From Octopus sinensis (lineage: Eukaryota), in NCBI RefSeq assembly GCF_006345805.1, contig NC_042998.1, positions 155,868,001-155,932,000 on the forward strand: a DNA stretch of 64,000 nt. The letters run 5' to 3'. The position numbers were made by a program, and so were the translations under genes. Below the pieces are notes generated by a model, which worked only from the letters and a program-made list of their open reading frames with translations, had not been told where the DNA came from and ran no database searches. Below are positions 51,418 to 64,000 of the stretch, piece by piece. How positions within the stretch are numbered: position 1 is the first letter of the stretch; each line of letters opens with the position of its first letter.

Positions 51418-51755
51418 GTAAGAAAACATTATTTCTTCTTTTAAAATCTCCGTAATTTCTTCACTAAATGTAATACAGGCATTCGAATATAAACATATTC
51501 ACACATCTAAAAAAAAAAAAAAAAATACAACGACAACACATACACAAAAAACAAAACAAAACAAGAAAACAATACTGTCACACAATTACAGAAGTATACT
51601 TATTGAACAGTTAGTGTTTTGAAAACGAGCAGCAAATATCAAGTCCACAGGAAAGACATCTGAACGCATATACGCAAACAATAAATATGTTCTCTCAGCC
51701 GCTCATACGCTCGCTCACACATACACTCACACACCGATGATTTTGTCTGAATAAT

Positions 51756-51756
51756 A

Positions 51757-51820
<64 letters not shown>

Positions 51821-51912
51821 TGTATATATATATATGCCTGTATATATATATATGCCTGTATATATATATATGCTGTATATATATATATGCCTGTATATAT
51901 ATATATATATGC

Positions 51913-51967
<55 letters not shown>

Positions 51968-51996
51968 TGTATATATATATATATATATATATATGC

Positions 51997-52083
<87 letters not shown>

Positions 52084-52167
52084 TGTATATATATATATAT
52101 ATATATATATGCCTGTATATATATATATATATATATATGCCTGTATATATATATATATATATATATG

Positions 52168-52207
<40 letters not shown>

Positions 52208-52219
52208 TATATATATATG

Positions 52220-52307
<88 letters not shown>

Positions 52308-52458
52308 TGTATATATATATATATATATATATGCCTGTATATATATATATATATATATATATATGCCTGTATATATATATATATATATATATATGCCTGT
52401 ATATATATATATATATATATATATGCCTGTATATATATATATATATATATATATATGC

Positions 52459-52502
<44 letters not shown>

Positions 52503-52700
52503 TGTATATATGTATATATATATAAATGTGTCATAGATATGTACATACATATACACATATACATACATGCATATATGTATTTACATATATGGATACACAT
52601 AAATGTGTGTATATATATGTATTATATATATATATATATATATATAAATTCACATATGTATATATATAAATATACATAAATATATAATGATATATATAAT
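51756..52700. repeat. ~950-bp (TA)n array punctuated by GCCTG / GCC
   Basis: Directly visible; the source of the YIYI ORFs. Confidence 0.97.
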
Positions 52701-53209
52701 TATATATAATGTATATATGTATCTATCTATCTGGTTGAATGTATCTATATACATGTGACTGGTGTGTGTACATATGTATGCATATGATCGTTACTATTAT
52801 CATCCTTATCAATTTAATATCCACTTTACCATTTTGGCATGGGTCAGATGGTATTTCTTGAGGCAGATTTTCAATGGCCAGATGCCCTTTCTGCTGCCAG
52901 CCTTCATCTGCTTCTCAGCAACATATTTCCCTGTTTTTTAGTGGAAGATCGGAAACAAATAACACCATTCTTATGATGGTGACACTTGTTTACAACTATC
53001 GTGCAATGTCAAAACAAGAGGACAAGCATATACATGTAGACATATATATATACATAGTTGACAGACTTCTAGCTTCCATCTCCAAGATCCACTTAAAAGG
53101 CTTTGGTTGGCCCTGGGCTTATAATAAAAGACACTCGATGAAAGTGCCATGCAGTGAAACTGAACACAGAACCACATGGTTTGGAAGTAACCATCTAATC
53201 TCCCTGGCA

Positions 53210-53262
<53 letters not shown>

Positions 53263-53408
53263 CCATACAAACACATCAGTATATCTATCAACTTATATAT
53301 GTGTGTGTATTTACAAGTATATCTATAGATGTTTGCCTATATTGTATATATTTATTATATTTATCTAACAATCTCTTTCTCTCTCTCATTCCTCCCTACT
53401 CTTTCTCC

Positions 53409-53443
<35 letters not shown>

Positions 53444-55049
53444 AGGAGAGAGAAGAAAGAAAGAGTAGAGAGGGAGGAAGAGTATATATTATATATATAT
53501 ATATATATAATATATATATATTTATATTGCTGCTGCTTTTAATGTGAGCATAACTGCATACCACTAACCTCCACTCACCCATTTTAGTGCTTGGAACCAT
53601 TTCATTGTTATCCATCTGTCATTCTTAATAGTGTCCTCTCCACTCACATTTTACATTGATGTTGAGCCACCAAATTATATCTCTTCCACCACTATACATT
53701 TCTTCTCCCATTCACAATGTCTGCCCCACATTGTTCTTCTATTCTTCACCCCCACCCCTTTTCTGTGCTGTTGGCCATCTCCTCTACCTTAGCTCCCTCC
53801 TAACTCAATTTCTACAGCTGTCATCTGCTCTTCCTTCATCCATACCTTCTTTGCTTATCATCCTTGAACATTTGTTCTTAATAGTCTCTCATCCACTCCC
53901 CATCTCTTACAATTTCTCACTCTCCTATACACTCGAACAACTACCCACCTACGATTCCAGTTCTACCTGCTCTTGCTCTCATAACTTGAGGGTCTCCCAC
54001 TATTTTTATTTCTTTCCAGTTCCACTCCAATCACTCCCATTCTTTCTCCTATAATATGTATAGCTGTGTAGATCCCATACAACAAGAAATCTGTTCTGTT
54101 ACTTTCTCTCTCACTTTTACACTTCATCTAGCATAATTAGCCTTCCTCTCTACAGTAGCCCCATTCACTCAATGGGGATTTTAGTCTTGCAAGCTGCATG
54201 GTGACCTCTGCATTCACACTTTGATCTTTCCCTTGCTGTACTCACCCATTGCTTCTTCACCTTTGATCTCATTTTCTCTCCTCACTTAGTCACCATTGCT
54301 TCTCCACCTTCTCAATATCCTTTGTCAACTTTCTTCCTCTTGCCCCAGCCTACCCACAATACTTCCACACATCACTTTCCTTCAATGACTCTCTCAGGAT
54401 ATCCCTCCATCCCAATCTATTGCTCCTTTCCTGAGCCCCCACTGCCCATCTTTCCAGAGACCCCACTGCCTTTCATCTCTTCTCTTTTCCCTGTTTCCTG
54501 CCATACTCCCCTACAATTAGTGATAAATATTTTTTCCACTCTCACCACTAACACTTTATTGTAACAACAGATCTGTTCCTAACATCTTACAAAAATTCTC
54601 TCATTCCCCTGCTTAGAATTGTCGCACACTGTCTCTCTTCCATCTCCCTCAGTTACAAGGAACATTTCAAGCCTTTCTAGTTATAAAGCAATCATCACTA
54701 TTGTTGGCACCATGGTAAAAGCACCAAGCACACTCTGCAAAATGGTTGGCATTAAAAAGAATAACCAACTATAGACAGCATTCAAAAGTTGATACTGAAG
54801 TATGATGCATTCCTTCAATTTGTCAGATCCTGTGAACTGTTCATCTCATGCCAGCATGAAATCTGGATGATAAATGATGATTGATAATGATGCTGATATA
54901 TATGTTATAACACACACATACACACACACACGCGCGCACGCGCGCGCACACACACACACACACATACATGTCTATATATATTCAGCATTTTCCTTTCCAT
55001 GGCTCTTTGTGTTGTTCTTAATTTATTGTCAATGCCTTTGTTGGAAGTC

Positions 55050-55740
55050 TACATTTCTGATGTATACATAATGGTAGGTAACATACACTAGTTGAAGACC
55101 TTTCAATGGTCTGATTTTTATCCTTTAAGCAGATTATTTGTCCAAGATAGGTGTATTGGTTCACATGTTCAACTTTTTCATCATCTGCTACTACATTTCC
55201 AGCTGTGATTAGATGGCTGGAAATTATCTTTGTTTTACTAATATTAACTCTGAGTCCACATTTTTTGCTTTCTTCCTTTAGTTTTCTGAGCATTTCTGTT
55301 GATTGTTTAATGCTCTTGGAAATGTGTACAATATCATCAGCGAATTTGAGATGATTTAGCATGCATCCAATTATCTGACCAATAGAAATTTTTAGAAACT
55401 GTTTTGAATACAGATGTGAATAATTTGGGTGATATGGTGTCTCCATGTCTTACTCCTTTATCAATTTTGATATCAATCACTTTGTTGTTTATAGTTGCTA
55501 TGGTTCTTACAGTTGGTGTACACATTGTCTTATAACTTCATGTAGTCTCCTTTGATTACCTTTTCCTCCAGTGTTCTTAGCTTGTCATCAATTTCCATGG
55601 AATCAAAAGCTTTTTCAAAATCTACAAATGTGAACCATAATGGTATGTTGTAAGTTTAGCATTTTACCTCAGTTAGTTTCTAACATGTATGTAGTCTATT
55701 GCGCTGTAGATTTTCCTGAAGTCTGCCTGTTCTGACCTAG
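55050..55740 (-). pseudogene. RTE-like LINE RT fragment
   Basis: IDKGVRHGDTISPKLF, LNHLKFADDIV and YTYLGQ motifs. Confidence 0.85.
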
Positions 55741-56287
55741 TGTTCTCATTCAGCAAAGTTGACCTCAGCAGAATCGGAACTCGGAACGTAAAGGCAGAGG
55801 AAATGTGGCTAAGCATTTTACTTGCCAACTTGCCATCTTATTAGTAATCATCATCATCATCATCATCATTATTATTATATAAATTCAGGCATAGATGTGT
55901 GGTAAAGAATAAAAAATTCCATCTAATGATGTATTATAATAGGCATGTATGGTAAGTGCTTGAGCTGGTTTATGACTAAAACTCTGACTTGAACTGCAAC
56001 AACAATAAAGGTGGTGTTGTAGCATTTTAACAAAGAGTGGTTATTAATGGTTTATCATTGAATTGGTAGATATAGAGTAGAAAAATAGAATGAACAAGCA
56101 AAATATATAGTATCATATTAGGGCATGTAATTTATAAATGAAACATAATTGTAGGGTTATTAGAGTAAATAAGGATTAAGAAATAATGCATAAAGTCTCT
56201 TACAGCTGTTTCTAGGATAGCAGTTCACATGGTGTATAGGTCATTGAGTAAAGATTTCCATACAAGCAATTATTATATTTTATAGAG

Positions 56288-56512
56288 GAAGAATTAAGGA
56301 ATATCCTAAATAAAGGATATTAGTAGTTACTAATTCCATTATTGAAGAATTAAGAAATACCCTTAGTAAAAAATAATAACTGTTAGCAGTTCTGGTGTCA
56401 AAGAATTAAGGGATATCCTTAGTAAAGAATAACAGTAGTTACCAGTTCTGTCATGAAAGAATTAAGGAATATCCTTAGTGAAAGATTATAGTAGTTACCA
56501 GTTCCTTTGTCA
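56288..56512. repeat. 56-bp minisatellite, 4 diverged units
   Basis: GAATTAAG recurs at 56291, 56347, 56403 and 56459. Confidence 0.9.
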
Positions 56513-57134
56513 AGGAGAGGGCGAGGTGGATTATGAGTGGAAGGCCTGCAAGGAAATTCCTCCATCTTGTCAGATCCTGTGAACCGTTCATTTCATGCTA
56601 GTATGAAATCTGGATAATAGCACAAGTGCATTTTTAAATGAAGTAAATGCTGACCGTCTACTTATAGGTGATTCTGAACCATTTTTTAATGCTGATTTCA
56701 AATGTTTTTAGTTTTTACCTATTACACATAGATTTTGCACAAATGGCTGCCAAAGACATGGTGATTTTTCTTGTCATTCATTCCCTTTTGTGAAATTATG
56801 AACAAATGACAAGAGCAATAATAAATATGATATGAATAATGTATGAAAAAGTAGCGGGGCAATGTGCAAGGAGTAGAAACAGTGGAGAGGGGAGATATAG
56901 AGGTCCATAAGGGACTATAGTAAGTGGGATATGATGATAAATATAAAAGGACATTGAAAATAATAGTAGATAAGAGAGGTGTTAAGAATGGAATAAAGTG
57001 GAGGGGAAAAAGCAATGGCTGAAGAAGGCACAGTAAGGAGGTGGAAATCAATATAAATATATATAATATATATATAGAGAGAGGGGTAATATTTATCCCA
57101 ACATACATGTGGATGTTCTGTTAGAATAAACTAA

Positions 57135-57420
57135 CTGTCCTGCAGCAGTTATCATGAGAGAAACTCTCATTTTGGTATTTTGGTGCAAAATGCAGTCTTG
57201 TTTATATTGCTAGCAGGGAGACAAACCCCTGCCACCTCCAGTGCTGAGACTACCAGGTCGCATGATTTTGACCTTCCTTGCTCTTGTCAATGATGGATGC
57301 TCAACCACTAGGGATAACAGTGAATCATCTTCCTGCCATTGATATATAGATTAACAGTGCCAGAATAGGTGCTGGTGTCATGATTAGCCAGAATGTGAGT
57401 TTCTCTCATGGTAATTACAG
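57135..57420. mobile_element. MITE-like element with imperfect TIR
   Basis: ATCATGAGAGAAACTCTCATTTTGG / CCAGAATGTGAGTTTCTCTCATGGT. Confidence 0.55.
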
Positions 57421-57469
57421 ATGGTTGATGGTGCACTTGCATTTAGTAATTCTGAAAAGAAAGAGGTAT

Positions 57470-57710
57470 GAAAGTGTTACTATGAAGGGGTACTACATGT
57501 AGAAAATACATGGGAGAATGAGAGTCTTCCTAATGTGGACCCAACAGAGGGACCAGCTTGCTTTCTGAGTTGACAAAACATGATAGATAAAGCTATTAAA
57601 GATATGAAGACAGGGAAAGCTCCTGGTCCATTAGGAATTACCACTGAGATGCTTAAAATGTCTTGTGGCATGGAATATGGCCTAGTCACATATATGAAAC
57701 ATGTAAAAGA
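57470..57710 (+). pseudogene. LINE RT N-terminal fragment ending at the gap
   Basis: IDKAIKDMKTGKAPGPLGITTEMLK. Confidence 0.75.
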
Positions 57711-57810
57711 NNNNNNNNNNNNNNNNNNNNNNNNNNNNNNNNNNNNNNNNNNNNNNNNNNNNNNNNNNNNNNNNNNNNNNNNNNNNNNNNNNNNNNNNNN
57801 NNNNNNNNNN
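57711..57810. other. Assembly gap (100 N)
   Basis: Run of N. Confidence 1.
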
Positions 57811-58872
57811 TGGTGAAGGGCGTCAGCAGTAGAATCTCCAGCTTGTTTTCAAGCAAAGAGATCTTCAATGCTGCCACCCTGTACTACATCCAGGCTCTGA
57901 CTGCCTGTGTTTTTAAGGATAGCATTAGTTGCATTCCAAACCCTAGCCCCTCCAAGAGAAAGCGCCACCGGAAAGTACTGTGGTTCACTCTGCCATTCAC
58001 TTAAAATAAGGATCAGAGTAGGTAGAATCTTCCTTAGTTTAAGTGATTAACACTTCCCCCGTACCAATAGATTCTACAAAATATTTAATAGACATAACTT
58101 GAGATTATCCTTTAGATGCGCACCTAGTGTAAAAACAACTTTAGTTGGTAGACTCAGACCTGAGACTGAAGCAGGATGCTCATGTATTACGTCTCTCTAG
58201 GATGTTGAATGAGGACTTATGGTTATTGTAGCAGGTTCTTAACGACTTTCCACTAATGCCCTTGGGCCCAGCAAAAAAGAGATTGACCAAGACACACACC
58301 AATGCACCCATGTACACATACACACACACACCCATAAGGAGGACACCCTGCATATAACTATCCCCCACCACATTCCCCCACAAATTGTACCACCACATAT
58401 AAACAGACCCCCCCTCCACACATACACACACGTACATTACATACCACATTAATATATAAAAAAAACCCTTAGTTTTATCCCTTACAGAAAGAAAACAAAA
58501 CATAGCGCTATATATATCTACACCCCCAGAAATATTTATACATATGACACTGCTACACATACCACACACTCCATCCCTGCAGAAGTACCACATTATTAAC
58601 GCAAACTTTCTTCACTTCAAGATAATTCTTACCGACTGCACAACATACCTAACCAAGGGACATAACTCCCAGCCAAAGCCCCTGGACCTTTTTTCATTTC
58701 ACCACCTTTTTACAGCAGACACTAACCAGGTGTACTAATCCACCTCTGACAGTGGAGAGCAGTTGTCATATTCCCTTCCAAGTCAGCTACTTCTGATGAG
58801 TGTATTTATATAATGGATTGTTACCTAACACTCCATTGTATTGTTTTGCATGAAACCGATTGGTAAGATCAG
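57811..58872 (+). mobile_element. Penelope-like element 3' part with an internal inversion
   Basis: RISSLFSSKEIFNAA..KRKRHRKVLWF and HFP..FYKIFNRHN on plus; GIY-YIG piece RTCYNNHKSSF on minus (58140-58280); hammerhead-like motif at the end. Confidence 0.8.
58785..58872 (+). ncRNA. Candidate type I hammerhead ribozyme with a long loop II
   Basis: CTGATGA-GTGTA-(42 nt)-TGCAT-GAAA-CC-GATT-GG-TA; helix I weak. Confidence 0.5.
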
Positions 58873-59879
58873 CCATGATGGATACTTAAAACTATAAAAT
58901 TCGGATAATATATATATATATGTACATGTACACAAACTCTCTCTCACACACACACACGTTTGTATGTGTACCTGTGCATGTGCATGTATGTCTGTCCCCT
59001 ACCACTGCTTGACAACCAATGTTGGCGTGTTCATGTCACTGTAACTTAGGTCAACAAAAGAGATCAACAGAGTAAGTACCAGGTTTAAAAAAAGTCCTGA
59101 GATTGATTTGTTTGACTAAAATTCTTCAAGGTGATGCTACAGTGTAATGACTGAATCAAGCAAAACGTATCTTGTGTATACATGTGGGTATGGAAAGATA
59201 TAAATGAAAGACTGTTAAAGTGTTTTATGTTGGGCTGTTTTGCTTGTACTTGTCTCCATGTACTTGTCTGGTATGTATTAATATACACTGTGTTTAATTC
59301 TTTAACATTTAAACCAGTCTCATCAGGCCCAAATATTCTATCTCTCTTATACTCAAACCAGCCAAATCTGGCCTCTTACACTAACCCTACAATGTCATTA
59401 TAATGTTGGTGGTGTTACAAAATAATTTACTGTCAGCTCTATGTAATTATATCTAACCATTTTCTGGTGTTTTACATGTTGATATGCTTTGATTCTTAAT
59501 GAATCCTTATTACTGAATGGCATATATATATATATATATATATAATATATATATAGTATATATGTATGTACACACACACACATATATGCATATATATACA
59601 TATACATATGTGTATGTTTGAGTGTGTAAACTGTGATCCTTTTCTGACCCAGTTGTATGGTTGTCCTAATACCAGCATATATTAAATGTGATTTCTTATG
59701 ACAGTTTTCTGTAGGTAAATACTTTTTCTTACACCAACCCTAACTTGTATTCAGGTATTCCATGCTGAAATGCCAAATTTTAGGACAGTGCTTGTATTGA
59801 ACATAAAGAAATATCACCATTCTACTCTGAAGCAGTGTCAGTGTGATGATACAGAAAGACAAACACACTCATATCATCA

Positions 59880-60200
59880 TCATCATTGTTTAACGTCTAT
59901 TTTCCATGCTGGCATGGGTTAGACAGTTTGATTGGGGACTGGCAAGCCAGGAGGCAGGACCAATCTGATCTGGCAATGTTTCTACAGCTAGATGCCCTTC
60001 CTAATACCAACCACTCCGAGAGTGTAGTGGATGCTTTTTACATGCCACCTGCATGGGAACCAGTAAGGCAACACTGGCATTGGCCACATTTGGAAGGTGC
60101 TTTTTACATTCCACCAGCATGGGGAGCCAATCAGGCAGCTCTGGCAGTGTCCCATGCATGAATGGTGCTTATTGCATGCCACCAGCACTGGTAATGGCCA
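59880..60200 (-). mobile_element. LINE 3' tail with tandem units (same family as 31060-31620)
   Basis: Reverse complement of the 31060-31620 motifs, preceded by (CAT)n. Confidence 0.8.
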
Positions 60201-60529
60201 CATGCTCACTTATAAGAGGGGGTACCCAAAAGTAGTCAGAAATGTTCTTTTGGGACAAACGAGTTGTAGTTCAGGCATCAGTCTGCTGTTTGGCATTGTT
60301 GTGTGAAGTCGTACAGTCATGTGGTGCATCTTTGTATTATGTAACTCAGTTGATTAATAGCTTTAGAATAAAACGTACGCTTTTTTCTGTTTAAAAAAAG
60401 TTTGTATTTGCTCACTGATTAAATCTACACAAAGTTACATTATGAATATATGCAAAGGTGGTTGCAATCCTTTTTTAATTTTCATCAATTACATATAGAA
60501 AGCTGGCAACACTATGAATGATTCCAGAA

Positions 60530-61400
60530 GGAATCATCCTTGAATTCAGTGCAAGGTTCTTCTATCATCATCTACTTCTTAGGTTCAGTGTATGGAAGGA
60601 ATCACATTGAACAACTTCCCAGATCCTCTTCTGAATGTTTGGTAGAGAGAAGAAATCTAGTTAGTCATTGTCTGTGAATAATTGACAATCCCTCGTTTCT
60701 TATATGAGTATCACCAGATGGAACCAACACCTTAGCTTTCCAAGGAGACTTGGTTCATTAATTTGCACCTTTAGCAAGCATGTTCCTTCAGAATTTTAAA
60801 TTCCTGGTCATCAGGAAAATGCTGACTAGATTTTGTAACTAAGGGTTTGCAATCAATAGTAAGATTAGTAAACAGTAAAAGAAGAGGTTTGAAAACAGTA
60901 GAGACCACAGACTGAGTAGGTTTAGTCCTACTAAAGAAAATCTCAAAAGAAGAGTAGTGTTCAAGCAAGTTTTTTCCTAGGATGACATTGCAGCAAAGAT
61001 CTGTAATAACAGATAATTTGAGAATTCTACACTTGCTTGACACATTCCAATAACCTTTGAAATAAGAGAGGTACTTGTCTCCAGGACATAGCCATTTTCT
61101 GGGTTTATCTTCCACTTGTGTTTATTAGTTCCTTGTTAATGAAGCTTTTTAAGCTTCCTATGTCCACTAATGACTAATATTCTTATGTAACCGGTGAGAT
61201 AAAGCAAAAGAAAGTGCAACTATTGTGGATACCACTGAAGATATAGACTAAGGAGATCAACAAACTTTGTAGTAATGTCTCTTCTTAACAAAGTTGTTAC
61301 ATTGCTTATCCTTGGCATTTAAAGATAAATGCTGTTACTATTGAAGTATGATTTGAGAGTGTACAAGTAGTATGTTCCACTGAGTTTTCGGAGGATCAAT
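60530..61400 (-). pseudogene. Ty3/Gypsy gag-protease-RT fragment
   Basis: Zinc-knuckle remnant KDKQCNNFVKKRHYYKVC, protease SLVDIGSLKSFI, LCCNVILG..LFTNLTIDCKP..TKS and EP.LLGK.(SPWRAQVL-like). No LTR seen. Confidence 0.75.
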
Positions 61401-61749
61401 CACAGCAGCACAAATTGAGAGAAGATGAACAAAAAAAGCAGAGTGCTTTTAAGCCATTTAAGAGCATATCTGCTCACATACAGTCTTAAGTCTCAAAGTT
61501 TTATTCTAAAGTTGTCTTATCTGGAAGGAAGAAAGGCTGTTAATAAAGCATTCCTTATTCTATCCTCACTGTATTATTCAGCAATTACTGGCTAATATAT
61601 TTAATGTTTGTAAATATTGGTTTAGGGATTCATAAACTCTTGTCAACAAGTAGAATAAAACATGCAAAGCATATACTTCATTCTTTGGTTTGATATATAT
61701 AACTGATGGAACATTTATAGCAGCATCATATGTAAACACACCATCATTA

Positions 61750-62290
61750 CAGGGTGACCCCAAAAAAACAGAACCCATAAAAATTTTATTAAATCCTACA
61801 AAGGTCCAGTAAATTTCTTGATATTTGCTGGACTTCAGTTTGTGTACAATCATTCCCTTTGCATAAAAGTCATGTTCTTTTCAAAATATGCTCCAAATGG
61901 CATATGTAGCGCAAACACTTGCATACGTTGTGCAAAATTGTCAATTGCTCAAACACATTCCTCTTTGGGGATTTCCCTGATTTCTGCTGTGATTGCTGCC
62001 TTCAGTTCACCAATTGTTTGAGGGTTGTTCTGGTAAATATTATCCTTGAGATACCCCCACAGATAAAAATCTGGTGGGGTTCAAGTCTGGTGAATGCAGT
62101 GCCCACTCAACATCACACTTCCTGCTGATCAGTCTCTCCTGAAATCACTCTCTCAGCCAGGTTAGGGAGTCATTTAATGCATGGGGGATGGTCCCATCTT
62201 GCTGGAATCTCAATCTATCCCTCTGTGTTGTTTTATTCAAAGATTTGTGGGTTCTGTTTTTCTTTTTTTCAGGGGGGGGGGGTCACCCTG
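61750..62290 (-). mobile_element. Internally deleted Tc1/mariner-superfamily element (maT/rosa-like)
   Basis: TIR ACAGGGTGACCCC / GGGGTCACCCTGT; HSPDLNP.DFYLWGYLKDNIYQNNPQTIGELKAAI. Confidence 0.8.
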
Positions 62291-63179
62291 TTTGCAGGCA
62301 TACTCATATGCTCTGTTGACTTTGCTGAGAAAAGTTTTCTAGCAACAGAACCACTGCCTTGGCACCATGCACTTCTTTGACTTCTTTGGGGTCAACATAC
62401 AAATGTTTAGGACAGAGGTCACCAAGATGAAGTGATCAAAAGTTGACATAAATTAAGACCAATTTGCCTTTCTTGTGTTTTATTCATCATTAAATGAAAT
62501 GCATCTTGTGTTTACTACCAGCTAAGGTTGGTATTTATATTGCTGAAAACATGGGAGGGTACTTCAGTTCTACAATGCAAGTTAATGCCTTTATAGAAAG
62601 CTGGGAAAGTTAAGATTGAAACACTTTTCAAAAAATGATAGGATGGTCACAGTTGGAATGTTTTTCTTGATACAAAATTTTTTTTAAAATTGTGAATCAT
62701 ATAATTTATATAAGCATAATTTTGAATAAACTTTGTAAAAGAGTGAAAAATGATAAAGTTATGGAAATGACATGTTTTTAACCTAATGCATGTCAACAAT
62801 AAATTGGACGGCTTAGTTTTAAAAAAAGTTGATTTCATATGGTTAACTCCAATGAATTTCTGGTACTGGTACAATATCACATATCTTCTCTAATATTTGC
62901 TTTTCATCCACCTTAAGGAAGTATAAAATTTATTTAAAAAGTACTTCACAACTCTACATAAAAAAAAGTATGAAATTAAAAATTTGTTTTTAATCCACCT
63001 AAAAGGTATGAAATATTTTTTTTAATGTTATTTTCTTGAATGCCCAGGAGGCTCCCTGGAGGTAGCAGTTTCTGTTACCTAGGTGACCTAATTATCGGGG
63101 GAGGAAGATGCTCTGAAAGAATACTTGCTAGAATAAAAATAGGATGAATAAGTTCAGAGAAATATTACCTCTATGAGCA

Positions 63180-63560
63180 ATAAAAGATTTTTCTGTGACT
63201 GAAAGGCAAATTGTATGATGCCTGTGTATGAACAATGCTACATGGTAGTGAGAGATGGGCATTAAACGCAGAGGTCATGCAAAGACTAGTATCCTCCATT
63301 GGATATATAATGTCAGTGTGCATGTATGACAAAGTGCTAATGTATTGAGAGAAAAATCTCAAGAGGAATCAACTGTTTGGTCATGTGATGCATATGGATG
63401 AGGATTTCTGCTTACAGAAATGTTGGGTGCTTAAAGTAGATGGAGCTTGTGGAAGAGAGAAACCTAGGAAGAAATGAAGTAGTGAAGGCAGATCTCAAGA
63501 TGCTAAGCCTCATGGAAGAAATGACAAAGGGCCAAGAAAATTCTGTGGCTTGCTGTGCTT
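63180..63560 (+). mobile_element. Degenerate RTE-X-like LINE 3' fragment
   Basis: KGKLYDACV.T.MLHGSE and GACGR.KPRK motifs. Confidence 0.7.
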
Positions 63561-64000
63561 GAGATCCAGTCAACGAATAATTCTGTTAGTGCTTGTACAT
63601 GCTGGGTTCTATCTATGTAGGGTAGTCATGTATCTTCCATGATAGAGGGACAAGACACTTGTGCTTATCGAGGGACATTATACTTTAACCTCTCCTCAAC
63701 ACCTGATATAAAACCACCTCTCCCATCTCTCAAATGCTCCCCTCACTTAGTCAGGGTGGTGTTTTTCTTTTTCTTTCCTTTTCTTGTTCTTTTCCTGCCT
63801 TGCAAGTTATTTGATAACTTCACTAGTACCGGTGGCAAGAAAAAAAACACCCAACAGACATTAAAGTGATTGGTGTAAAGAAGGGTATCTAATTAAATTT
63901 ATTTTATCTACATTACATCTTTAAAAAATGGTTAAAAAGAAATGCATTTAAAATTTTCAAGAAGTGTAGCTGCAGTACTACAGCTTTCAGTTCTCTGCGG

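Noticed and set aside
51756-52679. Longest ORFs in the track (307, 258 and 255 aa)
   Set aside because: Translations of a (TA)n array, which lacks stop codons in several frames.
53600-54700. Pyrimidine-rich stretch resembling a decayed Neptune-like PLE
   Set aside because: No diagnostic motif could be recovered; treated as low-complexity DNA.
57580-58004. ORFs spanning the N run
   Set aside because: Artefacts joining a LINE fragment and a PLE fragment across an assembly gap.

Overview
AT-rich, repeat-dense animal genomic DNA with one 100-N scaffold gap (57711-57810). The tRNA-derived SINE families and microsatellite content point to a coleoid cephalopod (Octopus); this is an inference from recalled repeat families, not a database result. 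Almost everything recognisable is transposon debris: four Penelope-like element (PLE) remnants, Tx1/L1, RTE/BovB, RTE-X-like and CRE-like LINE fragments, a Gypsy gag-PR-RT fragment, a KRBA2/SCAND3-like (Ginger/GIN-type) integrase pseudogene, Tc1, mariner, pogo/Tigger, hAT, piggyBac-like and Helitron pieces, many SINEs and MITEs. No intact, identifiable protein-coding gene was found, and most long ORFs in the track are microsatellite translations. There is a likely first coding exon (ATG GAC GAA G|gtaag) at 51408 and a chain of unverified small + strand exons at 8-28 kb. The best leads are three differently built hammerhead-ribozyme-like motifs tied to three separate PLEs, a ~2.5 kb near-perfect inverted duplication broken at a Tc1 TIR, a ~330 bp templated copy of promoter-proximal DNA with a 23-bp re-priming stutter, a small LTR-like (TRIM-like) insertion, and three long fold-back hairpin elements. 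I see no strong evidence of a wholly new biological system; the leads are hypotheses to test.
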